DNA of 64,000 nucleotides from Alphaproteobacteria bacterium (GCA_964291215.2 OZ219791.1:800001-864000), one strand, 5' to 3'; positions 19,515-30,557 are shown, counted from the stretch's first letter. Notes: generated by a model not told the origin, from the sequence alone. Translations and numbers: made by a program.

Positions 19515-20372
19515 ATGGCAAAATTCCGTACTGAGGCCGAGGTCACCCGGTTCGCTCCCAGCCCGACCGGCCATCTCCACATCGGCCACGCCTATTCGGC
19601 GTTGAAGGCCTACCGGGGGCGCGGCCCGGGCGGAAGTTTCCTGCTCCGCATCGAGGACATAGATCCCGGGCGCTGCCGCGACGAGTTCGTGGAAGCGATC
19701 TGCGAGGATCTGCGCTGGCTCGGCCTCGGTTGGGAAGAACCGGTGCGGCGGCAGTCGGAGCACATGGACGATTATCTGCGGGCCGCCGCCGCGCTCAAGC
19801 GCGGCGGCCTCGTCTATCCCTGCTTCTGCACGAGATCGGATATCCGCCTTGAGATCGAGCGGTCCGGCCAGGCGCCGCACGGGCCGGAGGGCCCGGTGTA
19901 TCCGGGCCTCTGCCGCGGGCTCTCGCCGGCGGAACGGACGGCGGCGTTCGCGGACAGCAGGCCTTATGCGCGTCGTCTCGATGTCGTTCGCGCCGCCGCC
20001 ACGGCCGGGCCGCTGGCATGGCGCGATCTTGGAAGGGGCGACATTGCGGCCCGTCCGGAGCACTTCGGCGATATCGTTCTCGCCCGCAAGGATGTTCCCA
20101 CAAGCTACCATCTCTCGGTTGTCGTCGACGACCATCTGCAGGGAGTTACTCTGGTAACCCGCGGAGAAGATCTGGCGCCGCTCACGGACATCCACAGGTT
20201 GTTGCAGGTGCTTCTGGATTACGAGCCGCCGGAATACCTGCACCATCGGCTGATCACAGATCCCGGCGGCCGGCGGCTTGCGAAGCGCGACAGCGCGATG
20301 ACGATCCGCAGCCTGCGCATGAGCGGCCACACGCCGTCCGACGTGATCGCCATGACGGGACTCGAGACCTGA
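19515..20372 (+). CDS. gluQ: Glutamyl-Q tRNA(Asp) synthetase
   Basis: RFAPSPTGHLHIGH, RIEDID, YPCFCTR, RLAKR; no anticodon-binding domain. Confidence 0.88.
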   Translation: MAKFRTEAEVTRFAPSPTGHLHIGHAYSALKAYRGRGPGGSFLLRIEDIDPGRCRDEFVEAICEDLRWLGLGWEEPVRRQSEHMDDYLRAAAALKRGGLVYPCFCTRSDIRLEIERSGQAPHGPEGPVYPGLCRGLSPAERTAAFADSRPYARRLDVVRAAATAGPLAWRDLGRGDIAARPEHFGDIVLARKDVPTSYHLSVVVDDHLQGVTLVTRGEDLAPLTDIHRLLQVLLDYEPPEYLHHRLITDPGGRRLAKRDSAMTIRSLRMSGHTPSDVIAMTGLET

Positions 20373-20488
20373 CCGCCGCCCGCAACCGCGGCGTCGCACG
20401 GCGGGGCGGCGCAGGCGCGAGCCCAGACGCTTTCTCGCCTGACCAGAATCATGTTGTCAACGGGCGGTTTTGAAACCATATTTCCCGC

Positions 20489-20686
20489 ATGTTCGCCGTG
20501 CTGCCGATCCTGATCGCGCTTGCCGTGTTCCTCACGCTTGGCGCGCTTGCCTTCGGCGTCTTCACGATGGCGCGGGGCGGGCAGGCCAATGCCCGCAATT
20601 CCAACCGGCTGATGCGCGCCCGGGTGATCCTGCAGTTCATCGCCATCACGTTGATCCTGATAGCGTTCCTCGTCTCGTCCGACTGA
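20489..20686 (+). CDS. HIG1-like twin transmembrane helix small protein
   Basis: Two hydrophobic helices around SNRLMRARVILQ; usual position upstream of etfB. Confidence 0.8.
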   Translation: MFAVLPILIALAVFLTLGALAFGVFTMARGGQANARNSNRLMRARVILQFIAITLILIAFLVSSD

Positions 20687-20949
20687 GACCTCGCCCGCCT
20701 GCGGTGTCCGTTTGAAGGCCACGCGTGTTTTCGGCTATATAGCGTCCCGTCCGCGTCCCGTGCCCGGCGGACGCCTGCCGGGATGCACGGCCCCGGTCCG
20801 GGGCTGAGTTTTTCGGTATTGCTGGCTTGGCGGCGGTCGTCCCGGACGCCGGGATGCAGTTTCCGGACGGTGGCGGATCGGTCCCGGCGGGCCGGCACCG
20901 GGCGCCCGGCCCATGGCGGGTCCCGCTTTTAGCTGGAGGACTTCGAGCG

Positions 20950-21699
20950 ATGAAAATTCTGGTCGCCGTCAAACGGGTGATCGACTACAACGTCAAGATC
21001 CGAGTCAAGACGGACGAGACTGGCGTCGAAACCGCCAACGTCAAGATGTCGATGAATCCCTTCGACGAGATTGCCGTCGAAGAGGCCCTGCGCCTGCGCG
21101 AAAAGGGCGCCGCGACCGAGATCGTCGTCGTCTCCATGGGAGTGCAGCAGTGCCAGGAGACGATCCGTACGGCCCTTGCGATGGGCGCCGACCGCGGCAT
21201 TCACGTCAAGACGAACTCCGAACTCCAGCCGCTTGCGGTGGCCAAGCTTCTGGCGCGGATCATCGAGAACGAGACGCCGGACGTTGTCATTCTGGGCAAG
21301 CAGGCGATCGATGACGATGCCGGCCAGACCGGCCAGATGCTGGCCGGCCTCCTGAACCGGCCTCAGGGAACGTTCGCGTCGAAACTCGACCTTGTCGACG
21401 GCAAGGCGGCCGTAACCCGCGAGGTCGATGGCGGCCTCGAGACCGTGCTCCTCGGTCTGCCGGCAATCGTGACGACGGATCTCCGCCTGAACGAGCCGCG
21501 ATACGCTTCGCTGCCAAATATCATGAAAGCCCGGAAGAAGCCGATCGAGGAACTCACCCCGGAGGAGATGGGCGTTGACGTCGCGCCGCGGCTGACGACG
21601 CTGAAGGTGACCGAGCCGCCGCAGCGCCAAGCTGGCGTCAAGGTGGAGACCGTGGCCGAACTCGTGGACAAGCTGAAGACCGAGGCAGGAGTGATCTGA
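20950..21699 (+). CDS. etfB: Electron transfer flavoprotein beta subunit
   Basis: [40 protein letters not shown]. Confidence 0.95.
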   Translation: MKILVAVKRVIDYNVKIRVKTDETGVETANVKMSMNPFDEIAVEEALRLREKGAATEIVVVSMGVQQCQETIRTALAMGADRGIHVKTNSELQPLAVAKLLARIIENETPDVVILGKQAIDDDAGQTGQMLAGLLNRPQGTFASKLDLVDGKAAVTREVDGGLETVLLGLPAIVTTDLRLNEPRYASLPNIMKARKKPIEELTPEEMGVDVAPRLTTLKVTEPPQRQAGVKVETVAELVDKLKTEAGVI

Positions 21700-22649
21700 T
21701 GGCAGTTCTTGTCGTTTCCGACCACGACAATTCGGCGCTGGTGCCGATCACCCTGAACACGGTCACGGCGGCGTCCGGGCTTTCCGATGACATACATATG
21801 CTGGTGGCCGGCAGTGATGCCGGCGCCGCGGCCGAGGCCGCGGCGAGGATCGGCGGCGTGACAAAGGTCATTCATGCCGAACATCCGGCTTACGGCAACC
21901 ATCTGGCCGAAGCCGTCGCTCCGATCGTTGTCGGGCTCGCGCCGGGCTACAGCCATATCTTCTTTCCGTCGAACACGACCGGCAAGAACATCGCCCCGAG
22001 AGTTGCCGCCCAGCTCGATGCGGCGCAGATCTCTGACATCGTCGAAATCGTCTCGGAGGATACGTTCGTGCGCCCGATCTATGCCGGCAACGCGCTCGCC
22101 ACCGTGCGCTCCTCCGATGCGATCAGGGTCATCACCGTGCGCGGCACCGCGTTCGCGGCGGCGGAAGAGGGCGGCGCGGCGGCGATCGAGAAGATCGATG
22201 CCGCGGAAGATCCCGGACTTTCCAGCTTTGTCGGACATGAACTCACGAAGTCGGAACGGCCGGAGCTTACGTCGGCTCGGGTGATCATCTCCGGTGGGCG
22301 TGGCATGCAGTCCGGAGACAATTTCGCGCTGATCGACAAGGTGGCGGATCGCCTCGGTGCCGCCGTGGGCGCCTCGCGTGCCGCGGTCGACGCCGGTTTC
22401 AAGCCCAATGACTACCAGGTCGGGCAGACCGGCAAGGTGGTGGCGCCGGAACTCTATATCGCGGTCGGAATTTCCGGTGCGATCCAGCATCTTGCCGGCA
22501 TGAAGGATTCGAAGGTGATCGTCGCCATCAACAAGGACGAGGAAGCCCCGATCTTTTCCGTTGCCGACTACGGAATCGTCGGTGATCTGTTCAAGTTGCT
22601 TCCCGAATTCGACGCCGAGCTGGAAAAGAACGAGATAGCGCCGCGCTGA
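21699..22649 (+). CDS. etfA: Electron transfer flavoprotein alpha subunit
   Basis: [33 protein letters not shown]. Confidence 0.95.
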   Translation: MAVLVVSDHDNSALVPITLNTVTAASGLSDDIHMLVAGSDAGAAAEAAARIGGVTKVIHAEHPAYGNHLAEAVAPIVVGLAPGYSHIFFPSNTTGKNIAPRVAAQLDAAQISDIVEIVSEDTFVRPIYAGNALATVRSSDAIRVITVRGTAFAAAEEGGAAAIEKIDAAEDPGLSSFVGHELTKSERPELTSARVIISGGRGMQSGDNFALIDKVADRLGAAVGASRAAVDAGFKPNDYQVGQTGKVVAPELYIAVGISGAIQHLAGMKDSKVIVAINKDEEAPIFSVADYGIVGDLFKLLPEFDAELEKNEIAPR

Positions 22650-22752
22650 ACCGGGCGGCTCCGATCCCCGACACAGTGGCGGGCCGGGTCCCGCCGCTCC
22701 GGAGTGCAGCTGGCCGGGCTGCATCTGACGCAAATTCGCAGGAGCAGGATTC

Positions 22753-23667
22753 ATGGCAGAAATACAGGATCCGGGCGTGACCCCGGAAGCGATGAGCGTG
22801 AACGCGGTCGGCGTCATCGGCGCGGGCCAGATGGGTTCCGGCATCGCGCATGTTGCCGCCACGGCGGGGCTCTCGGCCGTCATGATCGATGTCGGGCAGG
22901 AGCAGCTCGATCGGGCGCGCGCCGGCATTGCGAGGAACATGGAACGGCAGGTGCGGCGCGAACGCATGTCAGAGGACGAGATGAACGCCGCGCTCGAACG
23001 CATTTCGGGATCACTGGAATTCGAGGCGCTTGCGGATTGCGATGTCGTGATCGAAGCCGTGACCGAGAACGAGGCCGTCAAGCGCGGGCTCTACGAAAGG
23101 ATCCTCCCGGTCATGAGGGCCGATGCGATCCTCGCCAGCAACACGTCGTCGATCTCGATAACGCGCCTCGCCGCGACAACCGACCGGCCCCACCGGTTCA
23201 TGGGCATGCATTTCATGAATCCGGTTCCGATCATGCAACTGGTCGAACTGATTCCGGGGCTTGCCACCGACGGCCATACCCGCGCGGTCATCGAGGGTCT
23301 TACGTGGCGCCTCGGCAAGACGCCGGTAACCTCGGAGGATTTTCCCGCCTTCATCGTCAACCGGATCCTGCTGCCGATGATCAACGAAGCGGTGTACACG
23401 CTTCACGAAAGCATCGGGTCCGTGCGCGACATAGACGCCGCGATGCGTCTCGGCGCCAATCACCCCATGGGGCCACTCGAGCTTGCCGATTTCATCGGCC
23501 TCGACACCTGCCTCGCCGTCATGCAGGTCCTCCATGACGGGTTGGCTGACACCAAGTACCGTCCGTGTCCCCTCCTGGTGAAGTATGTCGAGGCGGGTTG
23601 GCTGGGGCGCAAGTCGGGCAAGGGGTTCTACGATTATTCCGGCGACACACCCGAACCCACGCGCTGA
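22753..23667 (+). CDS. hbd: 3-hydroxybutyryl-CoA dehydrogenase
   Basis: GAGQMGSG, SNTSS, GMHFMNP, HPMGPL, GRKSGKGFY. Confidence 0.9.
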   Translation: MAEIQDPGVTPEAMSVNAVGVIGAGQMGSGIAHVAATAGLSAVMIDVGQEQLDRARAGIARNMERQVRRERMSEDEMNAALERISGSLEFEALADCDVVIEAVTENEAVKRGLYERILPVMRADAILASNTSSISITRLAATTDRPHRFMGMHFMNPVPIMQLVELIPGLATDGHTRAVIEGLTWRLGKTPVTSEDFPAFIVNRILLPMINEAVYTLHESIGSVRDIDAAMRLGANHPMGPLELADFIGLDTCLAVMQVLHDGLADTKYRPCPLLVKYVEAGWLGRKSGKGFYDYSGDTPEPTR

Positions 23668-23674
23668 CACGGCC

Positions 23675-24565
23675 GTGCCGGAGACGCCCGGGACCGTACC
23701 TCACTTCGAAGGCGTGTCGGCGATCGCCGGCCGGTATGACGGTTTCATTCTCGACGTGTGGGGCGTCCTGCATGACGGCGTGACGCTGTACCCCGGTGCC
23801 GTGGGCGCGCTCGACCGGCTCGCCGATGCGGGCAAGCGGTTCGTCATGCTGACCAATGCGCCGCGACGCAGCGCGGCGGTGGTCGAGGCCATGATCGCGA
23901 TGGGAATGCCCGAGCGCCATTGCCGGAACATTCTCTCCTCGGGCGAGGCGACGTTCTCGGATCTCGTCGAGGGGAGCGCACCCTTCTATGCCGACGCCGG
24001 CAATTGTTTCATTCATATCGGGCCCGATCGCGACCGCGGGCTGTTTGAGGGCGTCGGCTGGGCTGAAACGGCGGTGATCGAAGAGGCGGGGTTGATCGTC
24101 AATACCGGCCCATGGGAGGACGACGAGACGGTCTCCGACTATGAACGGTTGCTTGCGGACGCAGCTGCGCGGCGACTTCCGATGGTCTGCGCCAATCCGG
24201 ATATGATGGTGGTCCGTGGCGGTCGGCGCATCATCTGTGCAGGGGCTCTGGCCGAAAGATACGAGGAGCTTGGTGGCGCCGTGCGTTATCTCGGCAAGCC
24301 GAAAGCGGAGATCTACGACTACTGCTTCCGGGCCTTGCCCGGCATCGAGCGGTCATGTATTGCCGCCATTGGCGATTCGTTTCGCACCGATCTCGTCGGC
24401 GCCCGTAACGTCGGCGTTGACCCCGTCCTGGTCGTCGGCGGGATGCATGCGCCCGAGCTGCTGGCAGGCGATCCAGGAGATGCGCCTGATACGCAGGTAA
24501 TGATGCGGTTGTGCGAACGATGGAACGTGCAGCCAGCAGCGTCGCTTGCGTCTTTCAGCTGGTAA
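23675..24565 (+). CDS. HAD-IIA family hydrolase (TIGR01459-like)
   Basis: DVWGVLHDG, TNAPR, CANPD, GKP, GDSFRTD. Confidence 0.85.
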   Translation: MPETPGTVPHFEGVSAIAGRYDGFILDVWGVLHDGVTLYPGAVGALDRLADAGKRFVMLTNAPRRSAAVVEAMIAMGMPERHCRNILSSGEATFSDLVEGSAPFYADAGNCFIHIGPDRDRGLFEGVGWAETAVIEEAGLIVNTGPWEDDETVSDYERLLADAAARRLPMVCANPDMMVVRGGRRIICAGALAERYEELGGAVRYLGKPKAEIYDYCFRALPGIERSCIAAIGDSFRTDLVGARNVGVDPVLVVGGMHAPELLAGDPGDAPDTQVMMRLCERWNVQPAASLASFSW

Positions 24566-24641
24566 CCTTTCAGCCCCACACCGTTAACTCTTGGTTCATG
24601 AGGTCGTGCATAGTGGCCCATGAGAATTGGCTTTCGACATC

Positions 24642-25334
24642 GTAACTGCTCACCGCTGCTGGTCATGGATTGCCGTTCCTGACGGCGTTCGGGGTCAAGC
24701 ATCTTTTCTCGTCCCCTTCCCTCGCTGATTGCCGGAAACCGGAGGTGCGGGTTCCGATGGGCAAGAACCGTTCCGGTCTTCGGCCGGTCTTGCTTTCCGG
24801 CCGGTGTCGCCGGGTCTGCAATGCGGTACCGAGCCCGCGGTGCGGGTTCCATCGTGCCGGCTGAGGAATCCGGCGGTGCAGCTTCAGATATCCTGACCTC
24901 TGGAGAATTGGCAGGCAAGGCCCTCCGGCGGCCGTTCAGGCGGGCTTCGGAGGCAGTTCGTAGATCATGCGGAGCTCGGTTCCGAGAACGCAGGTGCCGG
25001 TTTCATTGAGTTCCTTCAGCAGTCCTGCGATGGCGGCGTTGCAGGCGGATCCGGGGATGCGCACCCGGAGGATCCCCGGTTCAGGTTCGGGGAGGATGTC
25101 GGCGTCGGCCTGCAGGAGGGTGCGGAGGGGTTTTCGCGGGCGCGGTTTCCTGCCCTGCTCCTTCGCCACGGCCGCCATCGTCCGGGTTTCGGCGCGGTAG
25201 GCGATCATGCGCAGGATGTCGAGCCGGTGCTTCTCCCGGAACGGAAGAGCATCGAGGGCCGGATCGGCGGCGAGTTCCCGGATGCGAACGCCGTCAGGAA
25301 AGGCGGCCAATGATCAGCAGGGGCGAGCAGTTAC
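24642..25334. mobile_element. Non-autonomous IS66-derived element with a captured transposase fragment
   Basis: About 50-bp imperfect TIRs starting GTAACTGCTC; perfect 8-bp TSD TCGACATC. Confidence 0.85.
24884..25284 (-). pseudogene. 3' fragment of an unclassified (ISNCY-like) transposase
   Basis: RMIAYRAET...ADADILP...LKELNETG...TELRMIYEL. Confidence 0.6.
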
Positions 25335-26302
25335 TCGACATCTGTCCACGACGACGGTTGATTGGCTGAAGGTGGCGTCGGTTGCCGAGAGCAGCACGCC
25401 CTGGCGCAGGGATTGTGCGAGCGCGAGGACTGGCGCAACGCGAAGGGCGAGCTGTGCCTTGCCGCGTGCGGCACTACCTGGTCTTGTCTCGGAGCTCGGC
25501 ATCGTCCTTCCTGCACCAGGGCCTCATGGCCTCGACACCCTTGAGCGGAACTGTCCCGACAAGGCACTCGCATGTTCTCCGGAGGAGCTTGGAGAGGTCA
25601 CCGTGGAGCCGGTCGGCGACGGCGAGGACAAGCGCCTGGCGATGATGGCGACCTGGCATCCCGAGGGCGAGGCGCCCGGATGAGCTACCGGATCACCTCG
25701 TCGCGCTACGGCCGCCTCGGCGGCCTGGTGTTCCGTGCGGCCAGTTGGCATCAGAAGGCGCGCGACGACTTCCGGTCCCGGGGAGCGCGTGACGTCCACC
25801 TCGCCAAGGTCGTCAACAACGCTCGCTTGCTGATACTTCCATCGCTCACCGTCCCGAACCTCCGCTCCCACATCCTCTCGCTTGTCCGCAAGCGGCTGCC
25901 CGGGGACTGAACCGAGCGCTACGGCACCACGCCCGTGCCCTGCGAGACCCTGGTCGAGGTCCCGTGCCACGGCGGCGTCTGCCGGATCCGCGTCGGAATA
26001 ACCAGCGGCCGCTACGACCGACATGACAGAAGTCGAAGAAGGACATCTGGCCCGCTCCGCAAGGACTGGAAGCTGACCCTCGATCGCTGAACCCTGCAAC
26101 TGGCACAGGATGGCGTTCAGCTCCTCCTCCGCAGCGCCGGGACAAAACCGCAACCAATGCGGAAAACACGGCATGGCACCAGTGCCCCTCACCGCGCATC
26201 CCGCCCAGCCGTCCACGAAACCGCTCCGGGTGACGCTGGAACTCCCTGACAAGAGCCCGTCAAACGGACAAAAACAACAACACCTCACCGCACGAACGCT
26301 TA

Positions 26303-27442
26303 GGTCCCGCGCCAAAATAGATTGTTTTTTGGTGTGGATCTGCCATCGATGATGTCATGGAAGCGATGGTCGATACGCTGCGATCCAAATTTGTGGTGTT
26401 GCGTCCGGTTCTGGACGAACGTGCGCGGCGCCTGTGGGCGGCGGCCCGTGCCATCGGGCGAGTGGTCGAGGCGACGGGGATGGGCACCGTTCGCGCCGGA
26501 GGAGCTTGATTCGGAGTCTTTGAGTGAGATTCCTTCAGGACGTTTGCGTCGCCCCGGCGGCGGGCGCAACGGATCCGGGGTTGGTGGTGGCGCGCGAGCT
26601 TGAACCGATGACGCGCGGCGATCCGGAGAGCTCGTTGCGGTGTCACAGTGCCGCACGGCTGGCGGACCGTCTTGCGGGGCCACCGCGTCAGCGAGCGCAC
26701 GATGAACCGGCTGCTCCACGATCCGGGGTACAGCCTCCAGGCCAACCGCAAGACGCTGGAAGGTCGCCAGCCCGGGATGCGCAGTTCCGACGCGCCGGGT
26801 GCGCGCGTTCCGGAGTCTGGGCCAGCCTGTGGTGACACGAAGAAGAAGGAAATCCAGTACCGCAATGGCGGCCGGGCCCCAAGGGCGACCCTGAGGCCGT
26901 CAACGTGCATGACTTCCCCGATCCGGAGCTCGGATCCCCTGCGGGGTCTACGATCTCACCGCCAATGCCGGCCGGGTCAGCGTCGGGCACGACACGGCGG
27001 TGTTCGCGGTCGAGACCCTGCTGGTGGCGGCAGATGGGCCGGCTGCTCTGTCCCGATGCCTGCTGATCACCGCCGACGGCAGCAGCCGCAACCGGCTGTG
27101 GAAGCTGCAGCACCTCGCCGACGAACTCGGGTTGAAGGTGTCGGTGGCCCACTTCCCGCCCGGAAAGTGGAACAAGATCGAGCACCGGATGTTCTGCCAC
27201 ATCACCCGGAACTGGCGCGGCCGGCCCCTCGTCAGCTACCAGGTGATCGTCAAGCTGATCGCCGCGACCACCACCGGTCTCACCATACGCTCGCACCTCG
27301 ACGAGAACAGCTATCCGCTCGGGGTCAAGGTCAGCGACGATCAGATGGGCGGCCTCGCCATCCGCAGAGACCCGTTCCACGGCGAGTGGAACTACACCCT
27401 CACGCCACGGACATAACAATCAATTTATTTTGGCGAGATACC
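26303..27442 (+). mobile_element. ISAzo13-family element, degenerate
   Basis: TIRs GGTCCCGCGCCAAAATAGATTG / revcomp GGTATCTCGCCAAAATAAATTG; 3-bp TSD TTA; KWNKIEHRMFCHITRNWRGRPL, FHGEWNY. Confidence 0.9.
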
Positions 27443-27530
27443 TTACCAAGTGCGATGATGAACTCAAGTCCGTCATCCTTCTGATCTCGTAGCAGCTTCA
27501 TCGCTGCACGTCCATTCCGCTACTGTCCAG

Positions 27531-27959
27531 CTACTGACCCGATTTCCGGAGGGCGTCGGCGACCTCCGGCGGCATGTAGTTTTCGTCGTGCTTCGCGAGC
27601 ACTTGGTCGGCAAGGAAGCTGCCGTTCGTGGCGAGGCGTCCTTCCGCGACGATTCCCTGCCCCTCGCGGAAGAGGTCCGGAAGTATGCCCCGATACTGCA
27701 CGCGCACCTCGTTTTCGAGATCCGTGATCACGAAAGAGACCCGGACGCCGCCGTCTTCACGGCGCAGGCTCTCCTCCTTGACGAGTCCGCCGATCCGCAT
27801 CCGCCTGTCCTTTTGAAGGTCGTCGCGTGTGGCGATGTCGGTTGGACTGTGAAAGAAGACCACGCTTTCCTCAAGCGCCGTCAGTGTCAGCGCCATGGCG
27901 GTGCTGAGAATCAGGAGCATGAGCATGATGCCCGCCAGCCGGCGGTGTTTTGGCATCAT
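27531..27959 (-). CDS. ccmE: Cytochrome c maturation heme chaperone
   Basis: PDLFREGQG, LAKHDENYMPPEV. Confidence 0.93.
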   Translation of the reverse strand: MMPKHRRLAGIMLMLLILSTAMALTLTALEESVVFFHSPTDIATRDDLQKDRRMRIGGLVKEESLRREDGGVRVSFVITDLENEVRVQYRGILPDLFREGQGIVAEGRLATNGSFLADQVLAKHDENYMPPEVADALRKSGQ

Positions 27960-27972
27960 CGGCCGCCGGGTC

Positions 27973-28143
27973 TCAGCGTTTGTGGCGCCGCGGCGTCTTA
28001 GCCTCAAGCGCGGCAAGTTCGCGTTCGCGCGCGCGCATCGCGCGGAGGCTCGACGCCGTAAGCGCGACGAGGACGGCCGCGGCGATTCCCCACGCCGCCC
28101 AGACATAGACTCCGTACCCGTCCAGATGCAGAAGCGTGGTCAT
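27973..28143 (-). CDS. ccmD: Heme exporter protein D (56 aa, absent from the ORF track)
   Basis: MTTLLHLDGYGVYVWGGVGIAAAVLVAL followed by a basic tail; GGAGG RBS; lies between ccmC and ccmE. Confidence 0.85.
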   Translation of the reverse strand: MTTLLHLDGYGVYVWAAWGIAAAVLVALTASSLRAMRARERELAALEAKTPRRHKR

Positions 28144-28156
28144 CGGGCCTCCCCGT

Positions 28157-28999
28157 TCAAGCCGCCGGCGTGTTCATGGCTCGGTGCGCCGGATCCGTTC
28201 CCTCTGCCGGGCCGTCGGGAACGGTGGCGCGAAGGGCGCGTATGCGCTTCGCCGCGAGCTCGCTTCTCATGCGTATCAGGACCAGCGAGATGAAGAGCGC
28301 CGTGACGCCCGCGGCCATCAGCAGCAGCGGCACCAGCATGGATGCGTGAATTGACGGCGCGCCGATCCTGCTCACGCTTGCGGGCTGGTGCAGAGTGTTC
28401 CACCAGTCGACCGAGAACTTGATCACCGGGAGGTTGACCGCGCCAGCAAGGGCCAGGATCGCCGCTGCCTTTTCACCGCGCGTCTCGTTCTCGAAGGCAT
28501 TAGTCAGCGCGATGAAGCCGAGATAGAGAAACAGCAGGATGAGGACAGAGGTCAGCCGCGCGTCCCATACCCACCATGCCCCCCACATCGGCTTGCCCCA
28601 CAGAGACCCGGTGGCAAGACAGACCAGGGTGAAGCACGCGCCGACCGGCGCGATGGCGCGGGCGCCGACATGGGCGACCGGATGTCTCCAGATCAGTCCC
28701 GTGGCCGCGGCCAGCGCGAGACACGCGTAGGCCGCCATCGCGACCCAGGCGGCGGGCACATGCACATACATAATTCGCACCGACTCGCCCTGCTGGTAGT
28801 CCGGGGGCGACGCGCCGAAGGCGAAGAAGATACCCGCGCCCAGGAGAAGAACGGCAAGCACGGACGATATCGGCAGGACGGCCCGGGCGAGGCGAAGAAA
28901 GCGCACGGGGTTGGCCAGCCGGTGCAGGGCCGCGGCGCTTGTCGGGATCGAACCGCGGGATGCGGTGGCGCGAGGTGGGGGTTTGTCTTGCCGCGTCAT
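28157..28999 (-). CDS. ccmC: Heme exporter protein C
   Basis: YVHVP, WGKPMWGAWWVWDARLT, WWNTLHQ. Confidence 0.93.
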   Translation of the reverse strand: MTRQDKPPPRATASRGSIPTSAAALHRLANPVRFLRLARAVLPISSVLAVLLLGAGIFFAFGASPPDYQQGESVRIMYVHVPAAWVAMAAYACLALAAATGLIWRHPVAHVGARAIAPVGACFTLVCLATGSLWGKPMWGAWWVWDARLTSVLILLFLYLGFIALTNAFENETRGEKAAAILALAGAVNLPVIKFSVDWWNTLHQPASVSRIGAPSIHASMLVPLLLMAAGVTALFISLVLIRMRSELAAKRIRALRATVPDGPAEGTDPAHRAMNTPAA

Positions 29000-29096
29000 G
29001 ATGCCTCAAATCTAGCGCCACCGGCGGCGCTGTTGAAGGTCCGGTGCCGTCGTTCGTGGCGGCCTGCGGAACTTGAGTATCGGCCAAGCATCGACA

Positions 29097-29762
29097 CTAC
29101 TCCGCCGCTGCCCGCAGTGCTGCTGCTGCCGCCCACGGACAGAGGCCGAGGCTGCCGAGCAGCAGCGCTCCGAGGAGCATGAGGTGCGGCCCCGAGGCGT
29201 ATCCGCCGATGGCCGCGTCGACCGCCGCCGTTCCGAAGATCAGCACCGGCACCAGGAGCGGCAGGAGCAGGAGCGAGAGAAGGACGCCGCTTCGCCGGGC
29301 GCCGAGGACGAGCGCTGCTCCGAGAGCGCCGACGAGGCTGATCGTCGCGGTTCCGAGGGTCATGGCTGCAACCAGGATGCCGTAGCCCTCCGCGTCAAGG
29401 CGAAGCATGACCGCGATCACCGGTACCGCCACCAGCACGGGCACGCCGGTCGTCAGCCAGTGGGCGGAGATCTTGGCCAGCACCGACAGCCACAGCGGAT
29501 GCGGCGCGGTTATCAGAAGGTCGAGCGTTCCGTCCTCAAAATCCGCGAGAAACAGCCTGTCGAGGGACAGCATCGCCGCCAGCAGGGCCGTCACCCACAG
29601 CACCCCCGGGGCCATGCGGGACAGGAGCGCCGGCTCGGGCCCGACGCTGAGCGGAAACAGCGCGGCTGCAATCACGAAGAAACCGACAAGCATGAGCGTA
29701 TCGGCCGGCCGGCGGAGCGCGATGCGCACGTCGCGCCGGACTATGGCGGCGAGGCCCTTCAC
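29097..29762 (-). CDS. ccmB: Heme exporter protein B
   Basis: DFEDGTLD, LLPLLVPVLIFG. Confidence 0.92.
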   Translation of the reverse strand: MKGLAAIVRRDVRIALRRPADTLMLVGFFVIAAALFPLSVGPEPALLSRMAPGVLWVTALLAAMLSLDRLFLADFEDGTLDLLITAPHPLWLSVLAKISAHWLTTGVPVLVAVPVIAVMLRLDAEGYGILVAAMTLGTATISLVGALGAALVLGARRSGVLLSLLLLPLLVPVLIFGTAAVDAAIGGYASGPHLMLLGALLLGSLGLCPWAAAAALRAAAE

Positions 29763-30403
29763 GGGCTTGCAACCGGGCTTTCGCCGCCGCCCATGTCGAG
29801 CTGGCCGGCGCCGGGCAGTTCGAACGGTATGTTGGTCGACACCACGGCCATGCCGCCGTCGGAGCAGTGCTCCGACACTGTTGCTGCCAGCGCGGCGGTT
29901 GACGCCGCATCGAGTGTCGCAGCGGGCTCGTCGAGAAGCCAGAGCCGGGCGGGGGTCGCCAACATCCGCGCCAGCGCGAGGCGCCGCGACTGGCCGGTGG
30001 ACAGCAGTCCCGCGGGCATGGTCGCGGCCGTGAGCAGGCCGGTTTGCTCGAGGGCACTCTCGAGTCGCTCCGTCGCAACCCGGCCGGACATCCTCAACTG
30101 TGCGTGAAACGTCAGGTTCTCGATCACCGTAAGTGCAGAATTTACCGCGTCGCGATGGCCGACATAGGCCATGGCAGCATGGAATTCCTCGCGGATATCG
30201 CCGAGGGGAACACCGCGCCAGCGGATTTCTCCGGCGGCCGGCCGGGTGAGCCCGGCCATGATCCGCAACAGGCTGGTCTTGCCCGACGCGTTGGGGCCCG
30301 AGACCACAAGCGCCCCCCCGGGCCCGAGATCGAAATCTAGGGTCCCGAACAGCAGCCGATCACCGCGCCGGCAGGCAAGGTCATGTCCGCTGAAGCCTTC
30401 CAT
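29759..30403 (-). CDS. ccmA: Heme export ABC ATPase
   Basis: LACRRGDRLLF, GPNASGKT, LSTGQSRR, WLLDEP. Confidence 0.9.
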   Translation of the reverse strand: MEGFSGHDLACRRGDRLLFGTLDFDLGPGGALVVSGPNASGKTSLLRIMAGLTRPAAGEIRWRGVPLGDIREEFHAAMAYVGHRDAVNSALTVIENLTFHAQLRMSGRVATERLESALEQTGLLTAATMPAGLLSTGQSRRLALARMLATPARLWLLDEPAATLDAASTAALAATVSEHCSDGGMAVVSTNIPFELPGAGQLDMGGGESPVASP

Positions 30404-30557
30404 CGCCGACCGGGCGCCTCCCTCCGAGGGGCAGGGATTCCGCCCCGGAATTGCAGTTTTCCCGCTTTCCGTCAATGCCACGGGCGCCGCCCGGCTTGGA
30501 AATCGTCGCCCTAGCGTTTAGATTGCTGGACAGAAACGTGGTCGACAGGAGGCAGAT

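Larger units (their letters stand above)
24620..26110 (+). pseudogene. DUF4338-domain (IS4-type) transposase remnant interrupted near its start; 3' limit approximate
   Basis: Removing 24642-25334 restores MRIGFRHLSTTTVDWLK; later LCEREDWRNAKGELCL, AASWHQKARDD, VVNNARLLILP. Confidence 0.7.

Noticed and set aside
21363-23081. Long antisense ORFs (also 7837-9285, 37284-38819, 2026-3279)
   Set aside because: Shadow frames of GC-rich genes with no recognisable motifs
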